Shown piece by piece: positions 1-8,995 of a DNA stretch of 64,000 nt (position 1 is its first letter; every line of letters starts with the position of its first letter). The DNA is from a candidate division WOR-3 bacterium (lineage in GTDB: Bacteria > Hydrothermota > Tepidihabitantia > Tepidihabitantales > Tepidihabitantaceae). Made by a program: the position numbers and the translations under genes. The stretch spans positions 64,001-128,000 of the forward strand of contig CBFGKH010000008.1 in the NCBI GenBank assembly GCA_965649295.1, given 5' to 3'. Under the pieces are notes generated by a model that was not told where the DNA came from, searched no databases, and was given only the letters and a program-made list of their open reading frames with translations.

Positions 1-2
1 CT

Positions 3-578
3 TACTCGCTGGAGACGCTGACCGGCTGGCGCTCCACCACCCCCAACCTCTTTCACGCCTTTCTCGGCGCACTCTTCATCGTCGCCCTGGTCGAGGAGGG
101 AGCAAAGTTTATCGTTGTCCGGTTCCACGCCTACTACCACCGCGAGTTCGACGAGCCTTACGACGGGATTATGTACTCAGTGATGGCCGCGCTCGGGTTT
201 GCCACGGTCGAAAACGTCCTCTATGTCCTGCGCCAGGGCGTCGCCACCGGCATTGTTCGCGGCCTATTGGCAGTGCCGGTTCACGCCTTTAGCGGCGTGG
301 TGATGGGTTACTTCATTGGTCTTGGTAAGTTTCAGGGAACCGATACCCGGGCTAACTGGTACTCAGCGGCCGGACTGGGCCTTGCCATCCTTGCCCACGC
401 GGTCTATGACTTCATCATCTTCTCGCTCGACAAGGCTCCGCTTCTCCTCGGCAGCCTCGTCGTCTTTGCCGCGCTCTCCTGGGTAATCTTCTTCAAGGCG
501 ACTCGCCATCTCGCTGACCAGTCACCGCACCAAGACCCGAACCTCTCCGGCCCGAACCCGCCCGGCCCAGCCAGCTAG
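3..578 (+). CDS. prsW: PrsW-family intramembrane metalloprotease (5' truncated by window edge)
   Basis: Frame is open from base 3; EEGAK, EPYDGIxY, LGFAxxEN, HA and HxxYD motifs; several TM segments. Confidence 0.85.
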   Translation, partial: YSLETLTGWRSTTPNLFHAFLGALFIVALVEEGAKFIVVRFHAYYHREFDEPYDGIMYSVMAALGFATVENVLYVLRQGVATGIVRGLLAVPVHAFSGVVMGYFIGLGKFQGTDTRANWYSAAGLGLAILAHAVYDFIIFSLDKAPLLLGSLVVFAALSWVIFFKATRHLADQSPHQDPNLSGPNPPGPAS

Positions 579-1210
579 CGACCGGCCTGCTCGAACTCGG
601 CAATCGCTTGCTCGGTCAACGGATGGTCCCCCAGCTCGCGCAGGACTGCGAGCGGCATTGTCACCTCATCCGCGCCGGCAACCATCGCCGCGACTGCCTC
701 AGCCGGCGACTTGATGCTTGCCGCCAGAATTGCCGGTGCCCTCTTCATTGTCGCAAACAGCGCGTCTATCTCATTGACTAGGCGGACTCCGTCACCAAGC
801 AGCCGCGTTGCCCGATTGACATAGACAATCACGATTGCCGCCCCGGCCTCAGCCGCGACCAGCGCCTGGGCCGGCGAATAGACCGCGGTCGCCGCGCAGG
901 GAATATCCCGCGCGAGCGTTGCCAGCAGCCGCATGTTCGCGGTAGTGGCCGGAATCTTCAGCACCACCTGGTCCTTGCGCCCTAGCGCAGCAAACTCGTG
1001 GCCCTCGCGCTCCCGTTCCTTCTCGCTCGGACCGGTCAACTGATAGAATACCGGATGCTCGGTTGCCGCACAGATGGCCGAAATGACTTTCTGCGGATTG
1101 CCACCCGCTGCCGCTATCAGCAACGGATTGGTCGTAACGCCGGTGACAAATCCTAGTCCGAGCGCCTCCTTCACCTCTTCTAGCCGTGCGCTATCAATCA
1201 GGATTGGCAT
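575..1210 (-). CDS. Transaldolase / fructose-6-phosphate aldolase family protein
   Basis: ILIDSA, GVTTNP, VLKIP, ATAVYS, ILAASIK motifs; 211 aa. Confidence 0.85.
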   Translation of the reverse strand: MPILIDSARLEEVKEALGLGFVTGVTTNPLLIAAAGGNPQKVISAICAATEHPVFYQLTGPSEKEREREGHEFAALGRKDQVVLKIPATTANMRLLATLARDIPCAATAVYSPAQALVAAEAGAAIVIVYVNRATRLLGDGVRLVNEIDALFATMKRAPAILAASIKSPAEAVAAMVAGADEVTMPLAVLRELGDHPLTEQAIAEFEQAGR

Positions 1211-2126
1211 ACTGCTCCTTTCTCGCCAGCAGCTCCTCGACCGCCGCCCGTTCGGGCATCGACGGCTCTGCGCCCATCACCGTGCAGGCCAGCCCACCAC
1301 AGGCATTGGCAAAAGCGACTGCCGCGTCAATCGTCGCCCCCTCGGCCAGCCGCACTGCCAGCCCGGCCCGGAACGCATCGCCGGCGCCGGTCGTGTCAAC
1401 AACATTCACCCGGTGGGCCGAAAACTCGCGCAGACCGCGCCCGTCATAGACCATCGCTCCACTGGCACCCAGCGATACCACCACCCCTTGTCGCGCCCGG
1501 GCACCAAGCAGCCGGCCCCAGTCCTCGTGCCGCAACCGATGGGTGAGCGCGTGGGCCTCAAGCTCGTTCGGCACGATATAGTCAACCATGACCCCAAGGT
1601 CGCTGGCACCATAACCGGTTGGTGCCGGATCAAGTAGCACCGTCGTCCCCTGCCTAGCCGCCAGTTCTGCCGCATAGGCCGACACCTTCAGCGGAATCTC
1701 AAACTGGAGCATCAGCACATCAGCCTCGGCAATCCGATCGGCCACGCGGTCAACGTCGCGCTTGGTCACCCGCATGTTTGCCCGCGGCACCACGATAATC
1801 GAGTTATCCCCAGCTTCATCCACAATCGGACAGGCAACCGCTGTCCCGGCCTTATCCTGCCGGATGTGTTCGGTGCTCATGCCCGACTCAGTCAGCTTGT
1901 CAAAAAAGCGGCGGCCAAAATCGTCATCACCAACCCGGCCCACAAGCGTCACCTCCGCGCCCAGCCGACGACAGGCAATCGCCTGATTGAAACCCTTGCC
2001 GCCAAGAAAGATTCCAAAGTCAAGGCCAAGCACCGTCTCACCCGCACCCGGCCAGTTCTTCACCCGAAAGACAAGGTCGGTAACAAGCGAACCGACCACT
2101 ACGATCCGCGGCCTATCACCTTTCAT
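1194..2126 (-). CDS. rbsK: Ribokinase (PfkB family)
   Basis: GGKGFNQA, VGDDDFG, PNELEA, DTTGAGDAF motifs. Confidence 0.9.
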   Translation of the reverse strand: MKGDRPRIVVVGSLVTDLVFRVKNWPGAGETVLGLDFGIFLGGKGFNQAIACRRLGAEVTLVGRVGDDDFGRRFFDKLTESGMSTEHIRQDKAGTAVACPIVDEAGDNSIIVVPRANMRVTKRDVDRVADRIAEADVLMLQFEIPLKVSAYAAELAARQGTTVLLDPAPTGYGASDLGVMVDYIVPNELEAHALTHRLRHEDWGRLLGARARQGVVVSLGASGAMVYDGRGLREFSAHRVNVVDTTGAGDAFRAGLAVRLAEGATIDAAVAFANACGGLACTVMGAEPSMPERAAVEELLARKEQYANPD

Positions 2127-2179
2127 CGCCAGTAGCCACAGCTGACACTACTCCCCTGCCCTGTAACCAAGCGGTGCGC

Positions 2180-2557
2180 TCACTCCTCGGGCTCGCGGAA
2201 CAGGGCCGACAGCACAACCGTCGTCACCGACACAATCAACGCGCCCCAGAAAGCCGGCCAGAAACCGCGCACATAGAACCCAACATGAAGCCAGTGCACC
2301 GCAATCTGCGAAGCCAGCCAGAGGGTCAGGCCATTGATGACCAGCGTAAAAAGCCCAAGCGTCAGGATAATCAGTCCGCAGGAGAGCAGCTTGAGAATCG
2401 GCCTGACCACTGCGTTGACCAGCCCAAGCACCACTGCCATCACTGCAAAGACCCACCACGCCTTTGGCTCGACCTCGATACCGGGCAGAACCCAAGCTGC
2501 CACAAACAGGGCAAACGCGGCAACAAACCAGCGAATCAACAGTCGCATCGCCCTCAA
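2180..2557 (-). CDS. YvlD / phage-holin-4-2-like membrane protein
   Basis: 4 TM segments; GLVNAVVRPILKLLS...LTLGLFTLVING signature. Confidence 0.85.
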   Translation of the reverse strand: MRAMRLLIRWFVAAFALFVAAWVLPGIEVEPKAWWVFAVMAVVLGLVNAVVRPILKLLSCGLIILTLGLFTLVINGLTLWLASQIAVHWLHVGFYVRGFWPAFWGALIVSVTTVVLSALFREPEE

Positions 2558-2725
2558 GTATCAGTCCAGGCCAAACCGAAGTCAACCGCACCGCTGCTGT
2601 CATTGGCTCCACCACAACCAGCACTCACCGCCACTGCCGGCCCGACCCGGCCACTGGCATTTAGTCTATTGACCGGCCTGTGCCCCGTGTTAGACTGACC
2701 CGTAAGCGACAAACTGGAGGTATAT

Positions 2726-4483
2726 TTGAAAAAGTCTCTGCTCCTGTGGTTGCTGGTCATTGTCGCCTTCCCGGCGCTGGCTAGCACCACCTACCCGCTC
2801 ACCGGTCCGGTCGTAAAATGGGAGAAGTTCTACGACCGTAGCGGCAAGGAGATTTTGCCACCAGCCGGCACTGACGATGTGAGCGACGACTCACTCTACT
2901 TCAAGGACTATCTCGTGCCCACCTACCTGCGCTCCAGTGCCAAAACCGCCAACCCCAATCCTGCCAACCGAACCGCCTTTGCCTGGCAGAACAATCAGAA
3001 CGTCCCCTGCATGAGCCCGGACGGTGAGTATGTCTATGAGGCTCGGCGCGGCAACCTGCGCCGCTTTTCAACCGCCGACGGCTCCTATACCGACTTCCCG
3101 CTATCCCATCCTGGCGACTCTACCTGCGGCACCGACGGTCGCTATCTCTACATCCTCGCCGGCAACACCGTCCACAAGTACAGCCTCGCCGGCACCTACA
3201 TCAACACCACCACCATCAACGTCACACCATTCTGGACCGCCTTTGCTGTAGCCCGCGAGACGGTCTGGGTCAGCCCCAGCATGAGCGGAGCTACTACCTT
3301 CTACGGCTACGCCTGCTCCCGCTTCAATGGCGGCTCAATTTCCCACGATGCAACTTGGGACATCGGCAATGTCGGCACGTCCTCGCCCATCAACATTGCC
3401 TGGGACGGAACCTACTACTACCTGCTCTGCGGCGGCCTCAACACCAATCCTTTCTATCGCTTCTACGCCAACCGTACGCTCTACTCTACCGGCACAGTTA
3501 CTGCCGACGGCCGCAGCGTGATGTGCACCTGGCGCCCGGCCGCGCCTCGTCCAAAAGTCCTCGTTGCCGGTTGCTACTCTAATCCTGCCGCAGTCAAGCG
3601 CCTCGCCGACACCCTAGCCCTGTACAACACCTACTTCTCCGCCTTCGACACCATTGATGCCAGCATCGCCCCTCCGCCATCAGCCAGAGAGCTCTGGGAC
3701 GCTGGCTACCGGGCGATCCTCACCTATTCCGACGCGGCCTATTCCGACGCTACTGCCTGGGGCGACATGCTCGCCCAGTTTGTCGAGCTGGGCGGCGGCG
3801 TGGCCGTCACCTGCTTTGCCGACGCCAACTATACTGGTTATTACCTAGCCGGTGCCTGGAACCCGCGCTACACCCTCTGGAACCTCAACACCAACGGCTT
3901 CACCGGCGCTACCCTCGGCACCGTTTATGAACCGACCCATCCGATAATGGACGGTGTCACCACGGTCGGCTGCGGCAACTGGCGAACCGCTGCCACCACG
4001 CCCATGGCGTCGCCCTATGTCACGAGAATTGCCGATTGGGCCAGCGGCAACCTCCAGTGCGTTGCCTACGACTCCGCTGGCTCGCGCGTCGTCTATCTCG
4101 GGTTCTACGCTGGCGCCAACTTCATCTCGTCGCCCAACCCTAACACCGGCGACTGGGTAAGACAGCTAAGCAACGCCCTGCGTTGGACAGCCGAAGGCAG
4201 CACCACAGCCATCGCCGACCAGCCCGCCGACAAGCCTGCTTTCCGAATCTGGCCTAACCCGGTCCGCAGCCGGCTCAACCTTGCGCTCGGCCACGCTGCC
4301 AGTAGTGCGGATGTCCAGTTATTCGACATCACCGGCCGCTCAGTACTCGACCGGACACTCACCACCGAGGAACGCACCGGCATCACCGCACTCGACCTTG
4401 GTGAGCTGCCTGCCGGCATCTACCTGCTCAAGCTCACCACCGACGGTACAACCACGTCCCAGAAACTCATAATCCAGCGCTGA
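2726..4483 (+). CDS. Secreted protein with T9SS type A-like C-terminal sorting domain
   Basis: GGAGG SD + TTG start; signal peptide; C-terminus IWPNP...LFDITGR...GIYLLKL...KLIIQR. Confidence 0.8.
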   Translation: MKKSLLLWLLVIVAFPALASTTYPLTGPVVKWEKFYDRSGKEILPPAGTDDVSDDSLYFKDYLVPTYLRSSAKTANPNPANRTAFAWQNNQNVPCMSPDGEYVYEARRGNLRRFSTADGSYTDFPLSHPGDSTCGTDGRYLYILAGNTVHKYSLAGTYINTTTINVTPFWTAFAVARETVWVSPSMSGATTFYGYACSRFNGGSISHDATWDIGNVGTSSPINIAWDGTYYYLLCGGLNTNPFYRFYANRTLYSTGTVTADGRSVMCTWRPAAPRPKVLVAGCYSNPAAVKRLADTLALYNTYFSAFDTIDASIAPPPSARELWDAGYRAILTYSDAAYSDATAWGDMLAQFVELGGGVAVTCFADANYTGYYLAGAWNPRYTLWNLNTNGFTGATLGTVYEPTHPIMDGVTTVGCGNWRTAATTPMASPYVTRIADWASGNLQCVAYDSAGSRVVYLGFYAGANFISSPNPNTGDWVRQLSNALRWTAEGSTTAIADQPADKPAFRIWPNPVRSRLNLALGHAASSADVQLFDITGRSVLDRTLTTEERTGITALDLGELPAGIYLLKLTTDGTTTSQKLIIQR

Positions 4484-4522
4484 TGCCAAACCACTAGCGC
4501 CTGCTGACAACAAATCTGCAAC

Positions 4523-4546
4523 TGGGGCGGCCAAATGGCCGCCCCA
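4523..4546. terminator. GC-rich hairpin, probable terminator between convergent transcripts
   Basis: TGGGGCGGCCA-AA-TGGCCGCCCCA inverted repeat. Confidence 0.6.
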
Positions 4547-4664
4547 ACTCTACTGCTCTTCCGGCTAATGCTGAGGCTCAAGGCCATAAGAGAACGTTCC
4601 CTCGGCTGCTGTCGCCGCCAGCATCAAGACCACAACGGCCAATAGTTGCCCCATGCAAACCGTC

Positions 4665-4688
4665 GAGCGGCAGCCAGTGCTGCCGCTC
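4665..4688 (-). terminator. Hairpin downstream of the 4713-5108 gene
   Basis: GAGCGGCAGC-CAGT-GCTGCCGCTC. Confidence 0.5.
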
Positions 4689-4712
4689 CCGGTTCTCCTG
4701 CTCCTTTGCTGG

Positions 4713-5108
4713 CTAACGCCGGCCCCGACCGCGCCGACCACGCCCCCTGCCATGGTCGTCCCAATACCCGCGGCCGCGCCGGTCATCATAGCCCGAGCGC
4801 AGTTCGTGCCGGAGACGATACACCAACCCGCCAGGCATCCCATACCAATAGACGCGGTGACTCGAGAAACCTCGTGTCAGCTCGGCCAGCTCAGTCCGCG
4901 AAAACCACCGCCAAGTCCCACTCTTTGCATCCCAGCCGTATAACGAGTCATCGCTACGCCGGAAAGACTCCCTAACAACCGCCCGTGAAGAGCTCCGATG
5001 CGGATAGTAATCATCCGCGCCCCGCCGCGCCAGCACCGGAGCAAGCAACCCACTCACCAAGAACAACCCGAGCACCAATCTTGATAGCGACCGCAAATTG
5101 CTAAACAT
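4713..5108 (-). CDS. Small exported hypothetical protein with Arg/Gly-rich tail
   Basis: AAAGGAG SD; signal peptide; ends DDHGRGRGRRGRGRR. Confidence 0.6.
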   Translation of the reverse strand: MFSNLRSLSRLVLGLFLVSGLLAPVLARRGADDYYPHRSSSRAVVRESFRRSDDSLYGWDAKSGTWRWFSRTELAELTRGFSSHRVYWYGMPGGLVYRLRHELRSGYDDRRGRGYWDDHGRGRGRRGRGRR

Positions 5109-5262
5109 TTCATGCTCCTTTCATCCGGTCCTGAGACCACTTAGACCATTGGAACCGCCGCCAGATTCTGCTATGGCCTAGCCCGGGCTCGAGACTGCCC
5201 GCCCAGATCATCACTGACGCAGTCGAGAAGGCCGACACCAGCTTACCCACGAAGTCGTTGGA

Positions 5263-5591
5263 AAGGACACCGGCAAGTAGCCGCGACAACACCAACGAAG
5301 AGAGAGCCCGAATCCTTCACCATAGGACCGTGGCTGGCATGGCCCGAGGCCTAGCACCAAACCTACGGCCTAGCCCAGCCCAAGACCCAGTCACAAGCCT
5401 AACCCACAAGCCCTGCCCAGACATCTCCGCCAGCACAATATCAGTCCCATCACGAGACAGCCACGGAAACAACTCCGGGAACCATCCCCCAGACGCCCTA
5501 CCGTAGATTAGGCCGATAAGCACATCCATTTGATTGGCAACGACTTACAGCCATTCTACCCCACCCGACCCTGTGTACTAACTCTATACTT
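5263..5591 (+). repeat. Dispersed element copy A: degenerate 12-nt-period array + conserved tail
   Basis: Units such as GGCCTAGCACCA|AACCTACGGCCT|AGCCCAGCCCAA|GACCCAGTCACA; ACCATCCCCCAGACG at 5481; tail TGTGTACTAACTCTATACTT at 5572-5591. Confidence 0.7.
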
Positions 5592-5708
5592 CTGCCCCAA
5601 CCCCAAATTCCCTGCTCATCCCCGACCGCCAACAATCCCGCGCACCCAAACAGGCCGTAAAGCATGCCCTAGAGCAGATAGTGACGAGCGGACATACTGC
5701 CCGGCCGC

Positions 5709-5736
5709 TTGACATCGATGCTACCAAGCATATATT
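5709..5736 (+). promoter_or_regulatory. Sigma70-like promoter upstream of the methyltransferase
   Basis: TTGACA-16nt-TATATT. Confidence 0.5.
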
Positions 5737-5772
5737 CCTCCACGATGACGACACATCTGCCGAGACAAGACA

Positions 5773-7140
5773 ATGCTCTCGGTTAGAGGAAGCCCACTAG
5801 TGAAGCATAGCACGAAACCGGGGCGCACACGCACGACCAAGCGCAAGCGCCTCCATGCTCCCCCTACTAACGATGGAGCTGATAGCAAGCACGAACGGCA
5901 GATCGTAATGGCGATTGAGGAAAATGGTGATCAGTTGCTTGCAAAGGACGCTCCGCTGGGCTACAACCCTGTCTACGATACTCCACCACTGACCGATTTC
6001 GCTAGCGTGACTCCAGACACAGCGCTAACCGCCCTAAACTTGAACTGGCGGGAATGCGATCTACCAGAACGGGACCGAACTAAACATGTACACCGGCTGC
6101 ATCCATACCTTGGCAAATTCATACCACAGCTGGTCGAGATATTCCTGCGCAAGTATAGACCTCGGCGCGTATATGACCCGTTTTGCGGTTCTGGAACAAC
6201 CTTGGTCGAGGCCTCCGTTCTCGGCATAGACTCTATCGGTTGCGACATTTCGCCGTTTAACTGCCTCCTTACTAGGGTCAAGACTGCACGCTACAATATT
6301 GCCGACGTTGAACGCGACGTTAAGTCAATCTTGAGGAAATTCGGGGAGCTGGTTCAAGCCAGCCAATGGCCGACGCTGTTTGGCGACCACGAACTTAGGT
6401 CCACAGACAACGAGTACCTTACCAAATGGTACCACCCGAGAGCACTTTCTGAGCTGCTTTCGTTCCGCGATCTGATCCCACAATATGAACATCAGGATCT
6501 CCTTAAGGTCATACTTAGCCGCGCCGCTCGTTCGGCCAGACAGACCACACACTTTGATCTTGACTTCCCGAAGCGACCACAAACTGCGCCTTACTACTGC
6601 TACAAACATGGCCGAACCTGCTACCCCACAACGAGCGCGTATAGGTTCATCACTCGTTACTGTTGGGATACGCTCGCACGTATTCGGGAGTACGCGAGGC
6701 TGAGAAGCGACGCCGCGGCGACGGTCTATAACGACGACGCACGCAACGTCAAGTTCTCCAAAGTGGATATGGTGATGACGTCTCCTCCGTACGTTGGCCT
6801 AATCGACTACCACGAGCAACATCGTTATGCATACGAACTGCTCGGCCTCAGTCGTGAGGCTGAGGCGCGGGAGATAGGGCCGGCAAAAAAGGGTTCTTCC
6901 TTGGCCGCAAGAAAGGAATATGTCAAGGCAATCACCGACGTATTTGAGAACACATTAAGGCATTTGACAAAGGGTGGGGTTATGGTTGTTGTGGTGGGAG
7001 ACCGGTACAACCTCTATGGCGGGATTGCCAAATCATTGGGGGTGCGAGTCGAGCATATCCTACGCAGACACGTTAACCGCAGGACCGGCAGGCGAAACAC
7101 TGATTTCTTTGAACGGGTGCTGATATGGCGAAAAGAGTGA
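5773..7140 (+). CDS. Type II DNA methyltransferase, probably N4-cytosine, alpha class (M.MjaII-like); true start may be downstream
   Basis: HRLHPYLGKF; motif I DPFCGSGTT precedes motif IV TSPPY. Confidence 0.85.
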   Translation: MLSVRGSPLVKHSTKPGRTRTTKRKRLHAPPTNDGADSKHERQIVMAIEENGDQLLAKDAPLGYNPVYDTPPLTDFASVTPDTALTALNLNWRECDLPERDRTKHVHRLHPYLGKFIPQLVEIFLRKYRPRRVYDPFCGSGTTLVEASVLGIDSIGCDISPFNCLLTRVKTARYNIADVERDVKSILRKFGELVQASQWPTLFGDHELRSTDNEYLTKWYHPRALSELLSFRDLIPQYEHQDLLKVILSRAARSARQTTHFDLDFPKRPQTAPYYCYKHGRTCYPTTSAYRFITRYCWDTLARIREYARLRSDAAATVYNDDARNVKFSKVDMVMTSPPYVGLIDYHEQHRYAYELLGLSREAEAREIGPAKKGSSLAARKEYVKAITDVFENTLRHLTKGGVMVVVVGDRYNLYGGIAKSLGVRVEHILRRHVNRRTGRRNTDFFERVLIWRKE

Positions 7141-7151
7141 AGTAGGCCACG

Positions 7152-7958
7152 GTGATAACAGACTATACGCGGCAACAGATCAAGGGCTATCTTGAGGGCT
7201 TCATTCAAGGACTAATAGAAGAAACCAAACCTTGCGCTAACCCGAAGCAACCTAGGGAGACGGCTGGTTACTCGAAGAAAGGCGACATCAAACCCTTCCA
7301 TGAGGCAATTCTACCTGCCGGCATCATTGCTGTGGCCGAGTTCGAGAGGTCGTTTTCGACAAAACTAGGATCAACGTTTGAAGAAACCGCTCGGCTAATC
7401 GCGAAGCAAAATGGGGCCGAAGCTAAGCGCCAGTACAAGCTCTCCGGCATCGCTGCAATGGCAGCTGTCAAAGAGATCGAAGGTATCACTAAGAACCTGG
7501 ACGAACATGGCTGGTCGGACTCGTATGCGGCAGCGGTAAAGGCAGTAGCCAAGGCCACGGGGGAAGGAACGGAGAGAAGGGTCGTGCTCGACCTCTACAC
7601 ACAAACGGACAACGGAGTAGAGACATACTTCGAGATCAAAAGCCCAAAGCCGAACAAGGGACAGTGTCTTGAAGTAGTAAACCGTCTGCTGCTAGTACAC
7701 GCTATTAGGCGAATGGGGCCACCGAAAGTCCGCACGTATTTCGCAATGGCATACAATCCCTTTGGCGACGAGCGAGCATCTTACAACCACTCGTTCACGT
7801 TGAAATATCTAGATTTCCCGAACATGGTGCTCATTGGACGCGAATTCTGGGAATACATCGGTGGCCAAGGGACCTACGAGGAGGTTCTTTCTATCTACCG
7901 AGAGGTCGGAATCAAAAAGGGGCCAGATTTGGTGGATCAACTCGCGCTTGGCTACTAA
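7152..7958 (+). CDS. Type II restriction endonuclease, TdeIII/MjaII-like family
   Basis: FERSFSTKLG, D..FEIKSPKPNKGQ (PD-D/ExK core), AMAYNPFG, IGREFW; adjacent to the MTase. Confidence 0.8.
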   Translation: MITDYTRQQIKGYLEGFIQGLIEETKPCANPKQPRETAGYSKKGDIKPFHEAILPAGIIAVAEFERSFSTKLGSTFEETARLIAKQNGAEAKRQYKLSGIAAMAAVKEIEGITKNLDEHGWSDSYAAAVKAVAKATGEGTERRVVLDLYTQTDNGVETYFEIKSPKPNKGQCLEVVNRLLLVHAIRRMGPPKVRTYFAMAYNPFGDERASYNHSFTLKYLDFPNMVLIGREFWEYIGGQGTYEEVLSIYREVGIKKGPDLVDQLALGY

Positions 7959-7986
7959 CCCTGCGCTGACCCGGTTGCAACCCTGA

Positions 7987-8142
7987 TTTCTGAAGGCGGT
8001 GAACCCGAACCGCAAGGTTGAGGAGGACACGCGCACACCCGAGCAACTGTTGGACGCAATCGAGGAACAGGGTCGGCGGGTGGCCGAGGCTGTGGCCAGA
8101 CTCCGGTCACTCACTCAGAAGCGAACCGCTGACAACAGCTAA
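7987..8142 (+). pseudogene. C-terminal remnant of a type I RM HsdM subunit
   Basis: Translates LKAVNPNRKVEEDTRTPEQLLDAIEEQGRRVAEAVARLRSL, resembling HsdM C-termini; in-frame TGA immediately upstream. Confidence 0.65.
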
Positions 8143-8197
8143 CCCTGCCGCGAGCAGGTTGGTCAAGGCTCTAGAGTAGAGTGGCGCTGGTTGGCGC

Positions 8198-8995
8198 TTA
8201 GAAGATGCGTTCGATGGCGCTCGCTTCGGCCCAGCCACCCTCGCCGCCCGGGGCCTGCACCAGCACCCAGCCGGGCCGAGCCTCTCTGATACTCACCTCA
8301 AGCCCGTCGTGGACAACGATAATCTCTTTGTATTCGGCGCCCGGGCCTGAACGAAGTGTCAGCTCTGGTACTACCACAACCGCGCGACTGCGGTCAACAA
8401 CCGCTCCCCAGCTCAGTTGGGCCAGAAAGAAGTAGAGAAATAGCCCGGCCAGCCCGATTCCCACCCAAAGGAAGAGCCGCCGGTCAAAGATGAAAAGCAG
8501 CGCAAACGCGGCAGCGGTGAGTAGAAACAGCACGCCGGCCAGGATGCGCACCGCGCTGTAGCCCAAAAGGCGCAGCGCTTCGGCCACAATCCGTGCCACT
8601 GGGTTTTCCAAAGAAAGTGACTTGTCAGGCCGGTACTGGCGGACAAAGGCAAGGTTATGGCGGATGTCTCGATCCTGCGGAGCGAGCACCCAGGCGCGGT
8701 TGTAGTCGGCAATTGCCCGGCCAAGCTGACCGAGCTTGAAGTAGGTGTTGCCACGATTGTAATAGACCGCGGCCCTTCTCCCCTGCGCGGCAGCGCTGTC
8801 GTAGAGCGCCAAGGCTTGTTCGTAGTTCCCAGTCTCGTAGGCGGCATTGGCCCGGCCAAACTGCTCTGGCCAGGCGGCAGAGGCGAAGCTAACCACCAGG
8901 AGCACCAAGGCACAAACAGGGCCAAGCATATGCCCAGTCCCGACCCAATCGAGCCTGGACTTGGTGGCCTTCGTGCCTTGGTGGGAAGTCATCAT
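8198..8995 (-). CDS. batE: BatE-like TPR + SH3b membrane protein
   Basis: TPR (YYNRGNTYFKLGQLGRAIADY), TM segments, LRSGPG...GW SH3 end; operon context. Confidence 0.8.
   Translation of the reverse strand: MMTSHQGTKATKSRLDWVGTGHMLGPVCALVLLVVSFASAAWPEQFGRANAAYETGNYEQALALYDSAAAQGRRAAVYYNRGNTYFKLGQLGRAIADYNRAWVLAPQDRDIRHNLAFVRQYRPDKSLSLENPVARIVAEALRLLGYSAVRILAGVLFLLTAAAFALLFIFDRRLFLWVGIGLAGLFLYFFLAQLSWGAVVDRSRAVVVVPELTLRSGPGAEYKEIIVVHDGLEVSIREARPGWVLVQAPGGEGGWAEASAIERIF

Noticed and set aside
2180..2557. Prophage, suggested by the holin-family gene
   Set aside because: YvlD-type proteins are common chromosomal genes; no phage genes nearby
5263..5591. CRISPR array interpretation of the periodic repeats
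   Set aside because: No identical 23-50-nt repeats with spacers and no cas genes; the period is only 12 nt
7950..8200. Integron attC site after the REase
   Set aside because: A TAAC is present, but no convincing paired GTTRRRY box structure and no integrase
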